Positions 6,939 to 13,302 of a stretch of DNA of 13,302 bases are shown piece by piece (position 1 is the first letter of the stretch; each line of letters opens with the position of its first letter). The position numbers were made by a program, and so were the translations under genes. Source of the DNA: Thermoanaerobaculia bacterium (lineage in GTDB: Bacteria; Acidobacteriota; Thermoanaerobaculia; Multivoradales; UBA5704); assembly GCA_044226625.1 (NCBI GenBank), contig JBGAGQ010000109.1:1-13302 (forward strand), read 5' to 3'. Below the pieces are notes generated by a model. That model was not told the origin of the DNA, did not search any database, and saw only the letters and a program-made list of their open reading frames with translations.

Positions 6939-7846
6939 CGCCCCTCCTCGTGTCCCATGAGGAGATCGTAGAGCCGGATCAGCTCCTCCTCGGAATGGAA
7001 GTGGACCTTGAGCTGCCCCCCCTTGCCGCGGCGGCGGATCTCGATACGGGTCTGCAGTTTACGGGTCAACGTCTCGAGCGCGGCGGCGGTATTGCCGTCG
7101 AGCGACGGCTTCGGGCGCGGCGTGGCGGCAGCCTTCTCCTGCCGGGGCTCGGCGGCGAGCCTCTCGAGATCGCGCGCCGAAAGGCCTTCCGCCACCGCGC
7201 GCTCGGCGAGCGCGATCTGCGCCTCCTCCGTCGCGAGACCGAGCAGCGGCCGCGCCTGGCCGGCGGTGAGCGCGCCGGCCCTGACGAGATCTCGGACGTC
7301 TTCAGGTAACCTCAAGAGCCGTAATGAGTTAGAGACGGCGGAGCGGCTCTTCCCCACGCGGGCGGCGATCTCGTCGTGGTGGAGGCCGAACCGTTCGAGG
7401 CCGAGCAGCGCCTCAGCTTCTTCCATGGGATTCAGGTCCGCGCGCTGGAGGTTTTCGACCAGGGCGAGCTCCAGGAGGTGCTGATCGCCAGCCACCTCGC
7501 GAATGACCACCGGCACCTCGGTGAGGCCGGCCCTCCGCGCGGCGCGCCAGCGGCGCTCTCCGGCGATGATGAGGTACGTTCCGTCCTCGGCCGCGGAGAC
7601 CACCAACGGTTGGATGATCCCCTGCGCGCGAATCGACTCGGCGAGCTCGCCAAGCTGATCCTCGTCGAAGCGTACCCGTGGCTGGAGCCGGTTCGGCTGC
7701 AGTCGATCGATCGGAAGGATCGTCGGAAGGGTCGGAGGCCCGGCCGGTTCAGGGGCCTCGCCGGCGGTGTCCTCTCTCCTCTCGGTCTTCTCCTGAATCA
7801 GCGCCCCCAGCCCCCGGCCGAGGCCACCTTTCTTGCGCACGCTCAC
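6935..7846 (-). CDS. parB: Chromosome partitioning protein ParB/Spo0J
   Basis: N-terminal LGRGLGALI, PNRLQPR, IIAGERRWRAA (CTP motif), ENLQRADLNPMEEA, HTH GKSRSAVSNSLRLL; GTG start abuts the parA stop. Confidence 0.97.
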   Translation of the reverse strand: MSVRKKGGLGRGLGALIQEKTERREDTAGEAPEPAGPPTLPTILPIDRLQPNRLQPRVRFDEDQLGELAESIRAQGIIQPLVVSAAEDGTYLIIAGERRWRAARRAGLTEVPVVIREVAGDQHLLELALVENLQRADLNPMEEAEALLGLERFGLHHDEIAARVGKSRSAVSNSLRLLRLPEDVRDLVRAGALTAGQARPLLGLATEEAQIALAERAVAEGLSARDLERLAAEPRQEKAAATPRPKPSLDGNTAAALETLTRKLQTRIEIRRRGKGGQLKVHFHSEEELIRLYDLLMGHEEGR

Positions 7847-8614
7847 TCAGATCCTCCGGAGGAACTCGCGAGCGAGGGCGAGATAGGCGTCCGCGCCGCG
7901 CGACTTGATGTCGTATTGAAAGATTGGCATGCCATGGCTCGGGGCCTCGGCGAGCCGAACGTTCCGAGGCACCACGTTCTCGAACACCTTTCCTTCGAAA
8001 TGCCGGCGCACCTCGTCCGCGACGTCGCGCGAGAGGTTCATCCTGTCGTCGAACATGGTCAGGACGATGCCGGCGATTTCGAGCCGCGGATTGAGGCTGT
8101 CCCGGATGCGCTCCATCGTGGCGACCAGCTCGCTGATCCCTTCGAGAGCGAAGTACTCGCACTGGAGCGGCACCAGGAGCGCATGCGCGGCGGAGAGAGC
8201 CATCACCGTCAGATGGCCGAGGGATGGGGGACAGTCGATCAGAATCACGTCGTAGCGGTCGGCTACCTCGGCGAACAGATCGCGCAGGCGATGCTCCCAG
8301 TCCTTTTCGCCGACCAGCTCGACCTCCAAACCGACCAGGTCGCGCTGCGACGGCGCGAGGTCCAGGTTCGGAAACCCGCTGGGACGGATGACTTCCTCGA
8401 ACGGCGCTTCGCCGATCAGCGCATGGTAGAGGTGGGGCGCCGCCGCGCCCGAGCCGAGCCCGCGCGATGCGTTGCCTTGCGGGTCGCAGTCGACCAGCAG
8501 CACCCGCTTCTCGAGAGCGCCAAGACCCGCTCCGAGATTGATCGCGCTGGTGGTCTTTCCGACTCCGCCTTTTTGATTTGCGATGGCGAGAATTCGCGCC
8601 TTGTTCGAGGCCAT
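7847..8614 (-). CDS. parA: Chromosome partitioning ATPase ParA/Soj
   Basis: Deviant Walker A NQKGGVGKTT, DCDPQGNAS, IDCPPSLG, QCEYFALEG, PRNVRLAEAPSHG; AGGAG upstream. Confidence 0.97.
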   Translation of the reverse strand: MASNKARILAIANQKGGVGKTTSAINLGAGLGALEKRVLLVDCDPQGNASRGLGSGAAAPHLYHALIGEAPFEEVIRPSGFPNLDLAPSQRDLVGLEVELVGEKDWEHRLRDLFAEVADRYDVILIDCPPSLGHLTVMALSAAHALLVPLQCEYFALEGISELVATMERIRDSLNPRLEIAGIVLTMFDDRMNLSRDVADEVRRHFEGKVFENVVPRNVRLAEAPSHGMPIFQYDIKSRGADAYLALAREFLRRI

Positions 8615-8692
8615 GTTCGTGACGACCTTCTCCTGGGCATCCCGTCCGGGAGCTCCGTGGGTCGAACCGCACCGTTTTGGACGACAGAAGAA

Positions 8693-9355
8693 CTAGCTCG
8701 CGGAAACCAGCTCCACGATCCGCCGCCTCTCGCTGCCACCGAGTGGAATTTCCCTCCCGAGGCGCAAACCCGCTGGTGGCGCGGGCGTTTCCGCTCCGAC
8801 CCACATCAAAATTCGGCCTCGCGGCTCGAGCCGACGGCCGAGCTCGCGAAGGAGGTCGGGTGAGAGTCTCAATGCCCGAACGGTGGAAAGTACGAGCCTC
8901 TCGGGAAAACCCTCGGGCAGGGGAAGGGAAACTCTAACATCGCGGCATTCGAGCGGCAAAGCCGATCGCCGGGCGGCGGCCAGGAGAAAGCTCGCTTTTT
9001 TCTCGCGTGCTTCGTACAGGTTCATTCGAAGCGCGCGGCGCACGGCGGCGATCGGAAATCCGGGAAAACCCGCTCCGGAACCAAGGTCGACCGCCTCGCC
9101 TTCGAGGTCAGGGATCAGCGGCAAAGCGGCGAGCGACTCACCGTAGTGCCGGGCGAAGACCTCCGACGCCGTTCCGGGCCCGATCAAGGCAAGGCGTCGA
9201 TTCCAGCGGCGCAGCTCTTCGTAGTGACCGAAGAGGGAATGGAGCGCCGCCTCGGAGATTCGCTCCGGAGAGAGATCCGCTAGCCGAGCCGAGAACTCCG
9301 AGAGAAGTACGGGAGGAAGGTCGAACGCCACGATCGATGCTAGGACGGCCGGCAC
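8693..9355 (-). CDS. rsmG: 16S rRNA m7G527 methyltransferase RsmG (GidB)
   Basis: LRRWNRRLAL, RHYGESL, SAM motif DLGSGAGFPG, EAREKKASFL; located upstream of parA. Start uncertain (GTG 9355 or GTG 9331). Confidence 0.88.
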   Translation of the reverse strand: MPAVLASIVAFDLPPVLLSEFSARLADLSPERISEAALHSLFGHYEELRRWNRRLALIGPGTASEVFARHYGESLAALPLIPDLEGEAVDLGSGAGFPGFPIAAVRRALRMNLYEAREKKASFLLAAARRSALPLECRDVRVSLPLPEGFPERLVLSTVRALRLSPDLLRELGRRLEPRGRILMWVGAETPAPPAGLRLGREIPLGGSERRRIVELVSAS

Positions 9356-9442
9356 TCCATAGGCAAGCCGAGGCCCGGACCCTAGGCGTGTGGCTTAAAG
9401 TGACCTGGTTACTGGAGCGATAAGGGGAAGGGTGTCCCCGCA

Positions 9443-9458
9443 TGTTTCACGTGAAACG
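9443..9458. promoter_or_regulatory. parS centromere site 1
   Basis: TGTTTCACGTGAAACG, 15/16 match to the TGTTTCACGTGAAACA consensus. Confidence 0.93.
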
Positions 9459-9478
9459 AGCGCTAAGAGGGTGATGTC

Positions 9479-9494
9479 TGTTTCACGTGAAACG
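9479..9494. promoter_or_regulatory. parS centromere site 2
   Basis: Identical TGTTTCACGTGAAACG, offset 36 bp from site 1. Confidence 0.93.
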
Positions 9495-9524
9495 GGCTCG
9501 GAAGCGGGAATGCGCTCCCGAGCC
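9495..9524 (-). terminator. Hairpin downstream of jag, probable end of the rpmH-jag operon
   Basis: Minus strand GGCTCGGGAGCG-CATTCC-CGCTTCCGAGCC followed by CGTTTC (start of parS). Confidence 0.5.
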
Positions 9525-9535
9525 ATGAACAACGA

Positions 9536-10477
9536 CTAGGAGGGTCGGACGACGACTCGTTTGAAATACCCGTCGCCTTCGCTTTCGGTAAAGACACCGG
9601 CGTCATCCGCGAGCGCCATGTGAACGGCGCGGCGGTCGGCAGGATTCATCGGCTCGAGAATCTTCGGCGCGCCGCCTCGGATCACGTCGGCCGCGACCCT
9701 CTGCGCGAGACTCCGTAACTGCTCCTCCCGAATCTCGTGGAAGTTGTCGCAATCCACGCGGCAGGCGACGGTTTCTCCCACCCGGTTCCGGATCAGCCTG
9801 GGCAAAAGATGCTCCAGCGAATGGAGCAGCTCGCCCGAGTCCTTGAAGCAGATGTCGGCATCCGGACCGACCAAATCCACGAGCAGCTCACCCTCTCCCT
9901 GGAAGATCCTCGCCTCCAGGCGGGTACCCGCGATTTCCAGAAGCAGCGCGGCCTCCTCCCGCGCGGCCGTGGCCGCGGCGCCCTCGGCGGGAGAAAACCG
10001 CTCCGAAAGCTGGCGCGGAACGTCCTGCAACGGCACCAAATCGGTTGCCACGGACTCCATGCGCGGGCGCCCTGGGCCTTCATCCCGCTTTCGTCCGTCG
10101 CGGCCGGGACGCGAACCCCGGTCCTTCCTGTCCCCGCGCCCCCGTTCGTGGCGATCGTCGGAGCGGCGCCGGTCGTCGCGCCCCCGCCCAGGCCCGGGCC
10201 GCCGGGCCTCCTCGCGGCGGGCCGGAGAGCCGGCCCCAGGAGCCGACGCGGGACGAACCGGAGCTGAAACCGGAGGAGTCGCCCGGGTGGCGGCCTCTCG
10301 CTCGGGGCGTGCCGCGTCGACCTCGATCAGAAATTTTCGCCCACTCCGAACCATGCCCTTCTTCTCGACCCTCTGATACGCGACTCGGTCGGGATCGATC
10401 CCGAAATGGCTCGCCGCCTGGAGCACCGCGCGCTCCAGGCTGTCAGCCGAGAAAAACTTTCGCTTGTCGTCGCTCAT
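9536..10477 (-). CDS. jag: Jag/KhpB/EloR (SpoIIIJ-associated) RNA-binding protein: Jag_N, KH-like and R3H domains
   Basis: ATG overlaps the yidC stop (ATGA); FSADSLERAVLQAASHFG (Jag_N); LEPMNPADRRAVHMAL and TESEGDGYFKRVVV (R3H). ORF-track extension to 10858 lies within yidC. Confidence 0.9.
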   Translation of the reverse strand: MSDDKRKFFSADSLERAVLQAASHFGIDPDRVAYQRVEKKGMVRSGRKFLIEVDAARPEREAATRATPPVSAPVRPASAPGAGSPARREEARRPGPGRGRDDRRRSDDRHERGRGDRKDRGSRPGRDGRKRDEGPGRPRMESVATDLVPLQDVPRQLSERFSPAEGAAATAAREEAALLLEIAGTRLEARIFQGEGELLVDLVGPDADICFKDSGELLHSLEHLLPRLIRNRVGETVACRVDCDNFHEIREEQLRSLAQRVAADVIRGGAPKILEPMNPADRRAVHMALADDAGVFTESEGDGYFKRVVVRPS

Positions 10478-12171
10478 TTCGCTTTTGCCGCGAGAGTGCT
10501 GCCGGCCGGAGTGGTCGGCAAGATCCATCGGTTGTAGACCGCCTGCTGCGCGATCGTCAAGACGTTGTTGGTCAGCCAGTAGATGACGAGCCCGCTCGGG
10601 AACTGGAGGAATAGAACCGTCATCAGGACGGGCATCAACTGGAACAGCCGCCGCTGCATCGGATCGCCCGCGCTCGGCGTCATGCGGACCTGCAAGAACT
10701 GCGTCGCCCCCATCACGATGGGCAGGATGTAATAGGGGTCCATGGCGGAAAGATCGTGGATCCACCCCAGCCACGGGGCGTTGCGGAGCTCGACCGCGTT
10801 GTACAGGACGCTGTAGAACGCGAAGAACACCGGCATCTGGAGGATCATCGGCAGACATCCGCCGGTTGGCTGAACTCCCTCCGCCTTGTAGATCGCCATC
10901 ATCTCCTCGTTCATCTTGCGCTGCATCTCAAGGTTGGGGCGACCGTTCTTGTCCCGCAGCTTCGGCCGATAGCGTTCCCGGAGCGCCTGCAGCTTCGGGT
11001 TCAGCTCCTGCATCTTGCGCATCGACTTCATCGAGCTGTGGGTGAGCGGCAACAGCACGATCTTGATCAGGGTGGTGAGCAGGATGATCGCCCAGCCGTA
11101 GTTCGCCACGACATGGTCATAGATCCAATGCAGCGCCGACAGCAGCGGCTGCGCGAGCCACCAGAACGTTCCGAGGCGGAGCGCCTTGCCGAGGCCGTGA
11201 GGGAGCTTCGCCAACTGCTCGCGCTCCTTCGAGCCCCAGAACGAGCCGATCTTCAACCGATTCCCGGAGGGGTAGAGATAGAGAGCGAAGTCGCGCTTGA
11301 GCTTCTTCTGCTCGTCCGTCAGCTCCGCCGGCACCGGGGTCGCAACCATTCCTGCCGTCCCGGGAGTCAGCAGAACCGGCTGGAACACGGCCTTTTCCAA
11401 CCCCTCGAACGGCACCACGGCCGCCATGAAATAGGTGTCATCGAGCGCCACCCACCCAAGGCCCGTCGCGCGGACTTCCTTACCCTCTTTGGTCTTTTGC
11501 GGATCGAGGGTCTGGACCTCCCCCCCCGTGAGGTAGATGCCCTCGCGCCGCTCGAACCGGCTGCCGAGCTCCTCGACGGTAGGATTGCGGATTCCGGGAC
11601 CCATCGCGAGCGCCCAGTCCTTCAGGCCTTCGACCTGCACGTCGACGTCGAACAGGCCGTCCGGCCGGAAGCGGAAGAGCTTCCGCGCCCAGCGCTGGCC
11701 ATCGCCGTATTCGAAGGCCACCTCATTGCCGTCGGCGGAACGGTCGACCTTGAACAGAGCCTTGCCGAGCGCCGTCGGCTCACCGGAAGCGCGGACGATC
11801 GCGAACGGATAAGGCCCCGCGGCGCGCTGCCGCACCAACTCGAGCGGCTTGCCGCCCGCGCCGACCTGCCGCTTCAAGGCGTACGACCGGATCTCGCCCC
11901 CCTGGTTGCTGAGCTCGATGCGCGCGTCCTTCGTCTCGACGACGACGACTTCGGGAGCCGACGCCGCGGCGGCCGGCCGAGTTGGGGCCGGAGCCACGGT
12001 GACCGGCTCTGGGCTCTTGGGTGTCTCTCCCGGACGCGCGGCCGGAGCCGCCGCGGCCGGCTTCGAAGCGGGTGCCGGAGGGGGAGGGACCTCCGCGGGG
12101 AAGAAGTAGTGCCAGAGGACGAGGAAGCCGAACGAGAGGGCAGCGGCAAGGAGCAGGCGGCGGGTATCCAA
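10474..12171 (-). CDS. yidC: Membrane protein insertase YidC
   Basis: N-terminal anchor, periplasmic domain, NYGWAIILLT, GGCLPMILQMPVFFAFY, WIHDLSAMDPYYILP, FPSGLVIYWLTNN; TTG start with AGAGG SD. Confidence 0.97.
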   Translation of the reverse strand: MDTRRLLLAAALSFGFLVLWHYFFPAEVPPPPAPASKPAAAAPAARPGETPKSPEPVTVAPAPTRPAAAASAPEVVVVETKDARIELSNQGGEIRSYALKRQVGAGGKPLELVRQRAAGPYPFAIVRASGEPTALGKALFKVDRSADGNEVAFEYGDGQRWARKLFRFRPDGLFDVDVQVEGLKDWALAMGPGIRNPTVEELGSRFERREGIYLTGGEVQTLDPQKTKEGKEVRATGLGWVALDDTYFMAAVVPFEGLEKAVFQPVLLTPGTAGMVATPVPAELTDEQKKLKRDFALYLYPSGNRLKIGSFWGSKEREQLAKLPHGLGKALRLGTFWWLAQPLLSALHWIYDHVVANYGWAIILLTTLIKIVLLPLTHSSMKSMRKMQELNPKLQALRERYRPKLRDKNGRPNLEMQRKMNEEMMAIYKAEGVQPTGGCLPMILQMPVFFAFYSVLYNAVELRNAPWLGWIHDLSAMDPYYILPIVMGATQFLQVRMTPSAGDPMQRRLFQLMPVLMTVLFLQFPSGLVIYWLTNNVLTIAQQAVYNRWILPTTPAGSTLAAKAK

Positions 12172-12192
12172 AGGGAGCCTCTTGCGAATCGG

Positions 12193-12399
12193 TTAGGGCA
12201 GATCGATCCCGCCCGGATGTAACGGATGACACCGCATCAGTCGCCCCGCGCCAAGCAGCGCGCCCCGCGCCAATCCGTGTTCGAGGATCGCGAGCCGGGC
12301 ATACTCCGAGCAGGTGGGCGAGAAACGGCACGATCGAGGGAGAAACGGTGAGATCCGTCGCTTGTAAAAGCCGAGCAGGGCGATCGCGAGCCGCGTCAC
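12193..12399 (-). CDS. yidD: Membrane protein insertion efficiency factor YidD
   Basis: [24 protein letters not shown]...[14 protein letters not shown]; GTG overlaps the rnpA stop (GTGA) with GGAG SD. Confidence 0.95.
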   Translation of the reverse strand: MTRLAIALLGFYKRRISPFLPRSCRFSPTCSEYARLAILEHGLARGALLGAGRLMRCHPLHPGGIDLP

Positions 12400-12818
12400 T
12401 TCGTGGCTCCCCGCGTCGTCACCCCCCGCCAAAGGCGAACGAGATCCTCCGCGAACGCTTCAGGCTGCGCCTTCGCGGCTTCCGGCTTGAGATGGACTAC
12501 GAGGTCGAGAGCCGGCAGATCGTGGCGACCCGGCCAACGGCGATACGCCTCGCGAATCCGCCGCTTGAGGCGATGGCGGACCACGGAGTTGCCGACTTTC
12601 CTGCTCGCGGTGATGCCGAGCCTCGGCCGCTCCGTGTCGTTCGAGATGTAATACAGGATCGACGAAGATCCGGTCCGGCGCCGCCCCGCCCGATAACAGC
12701 GAAGGAAATCTCCCCTCCGCCTCAAACGATCCTCGCAACGGAAGCTCTCGCTACGAGAGCCGGCGTCGGACGAGCTGGGAGGGGTTGAAGATGGAGGCGG
12801 AGCCTGGGCTTCCGACAT
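12396..12818 (-). CDS. rnpA: Ribonuclease P protein component; true start may be GTG 13007 (see findings)
   Basis: [37 protein letters not shown] (RNR motif, here RHR), DLVV. Confidence 0.92.
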   Translation of the reverse strand: MSEAQAPPPSSTPPSSSDAGSRSESFRCEDRLRRRGDFLRCYRAGRRRTGSSSILYYISNDTERPRLGITASRKVGNSVVRHRLKRRIREAYRRWPGRHDLPALDLVVHLKPEAAKAQPEAFAEDLVRLWRGVTTRGATK

Positions 12819-12865
12819 CAGACGGCCGATCGAACGGTGGGTCGAACGGTTTTGACCGACAGCGG

Positions 12866-13000
12866 TCAAACAGCTAGGCGGTGGCGACCCTTCCGGCGAC
12901 GACGTCCGATCACCGCTCGGCCGTTCCGGGTACGCATCCGGACCAAGAAGCCGTGAGTCCGCTTGCGCCGCCGGTTGTTGGGCTGAAACGTCCGCTTCAC
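12866..13000 (-). CDS. rpmH: 50S ribosomal protein L34 (absent from the ORF track)
   Basis: GTG start; translates to [44 protein letters not shown], 44 aa. Confidence 0.97.
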   Translation of the reverse strand: MKRTFQPNNRRRKRTHGFLVRMRTRNGRAVIGRRRRKGRHRLAV

Positions 13001-13089
13001 GTTGCACCTTTTTCCTTGACGTTATTGGCCATTCGTCGTCCGCGGACACGAACGGATCCCTCGCCGGCCTCGTGCCGGGCAAGGGCGTA

Positions 13090-13119
13090 AAACTAGACGA
13101 GAAAACCGCCCCCCGTCAA
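13090..13119 (-). promoter_or_regulatory. sigma70-type promoter for the rpmH operon
   Basis: TTGACG-N18-TAGTTT followed by TACGCCC. Confidence 0.55.
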
Positions 13120-13162
13120 GAGCGCCGTTTTCCGCGGAAGCCCCGACGAGATTTGAAGAAAA

Positions 13163-13255
13163 TGGCGGAGAGGGTGGGATTCGAACCCACGGACCGAGGA
13201 TTACCCGGTCAACGGTTTTCGAGACCGTCCCATTCGACCGCTCTGGCACCTCTCC
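13163..13255 (-). tRNA. tRNA-Ser(CGA)
   Basis: GGAGAGG acceptor stem, anticodon arm ACGGT-CTCGAAA-ACCGT, long variable arm, GGTTCGAATCC T-arm, encoded GCCA end; 93 nt. Confidence 0.96.
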
Positions 13256-13269
13256 GGTAGAGACTCTTT

Positions 13270-13302
13270 TGGCGGTGAGGGTGGGATTCGAACCCACGGT
13301 AG
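13270..13302 (-). tRNA. 3' part of a second tRNA, probably tRNA-Ser (truncated by the window edge)
   Basis: CTACCGTGGGTTCGAATCCCACCCTCACCGCCA; G discriminator and Ser-like 3' end; anticodon is outside the window. Confidence 0.75.

Noticed and set aside
7749-8804. 351-aa minus-strand Arg-rich ORF over parA, and similar Arg/Pro-rich alternative-frame ORFs elsewhere
   Set aside because: Off-frame artefacts of high GC overlapping well-supported genes.
7376-8863. 495-aa plus-strand ORF
   Set aside because: Antisense shadow of parA/parB caused by GC-rich codon bias; no recognisable motifs.
9443-9494. Identical 16-bp direct repeats as a mini-CRISPR or IS ends
   Set aside because: Only two short copies, matching the parS consensus next to parAB; no cas or transposase genes.
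10478-10858. N-terminal extension of the jag ORF (440-aa version)
   Set aside because: Lies within yidC in another frame; the ATGA-coupled start at 10477 matches the Jag_N start.
10756-12222. 488-aa plus-strand ORF
   Set aside because: Antisense shadow of yidC.
13022-13297. ORFs overlapping the tRNA genes
   Set aside because: Spurious translations of tRNA sequence.
13270-13302. tRNA 3' fragment as an att site of an integrated element
   Set aside because: It differs from the neighbouring tRNA 3' end and is simply cut by the window edge; no integrase is visible. A tandem tRNA gene is more parsimonious.

Overview
GC-rich bacterial housekeeping region of the kind usually found near the replication origin. 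Gene content and order suggest Acidobacteriota, possibly Thermoanaerobaculia-like (inference only). Left to right: a Cys/Met PLP enzyme (+); a convergent comEA + fimT/GspH-like pilin pair (-) behind a candidate sigma54/IHF promoter; two tandem signal peptidases I, a DUF4845-like pilin-like protein and a membrane alkaline-phosphatase-fold protein with a degenerate active site (+). Then on the minus strand, in transcription order from the right end: two tRNAs (one partial, one Ser-CGA), rpmH, rnpA, yidD, yidC, jag, two parS sites, rsmG, parA, parB, bactofilin. No mobile element, CRISPR or defence system is visible. Best leads: (1) a possible Thermus-type nesting of rpmH inside an N-terminally extended rnpA; (2) a candidate DNA-uptake module (ComEA plus a GRxR-motif FimT) under sigma54 control; (3) a phosphodiesterase-fold pseudoenzyme; (4) a parAB-bactofilin coupled operon, with twin parS sites where mnmE/mnmG often lie.
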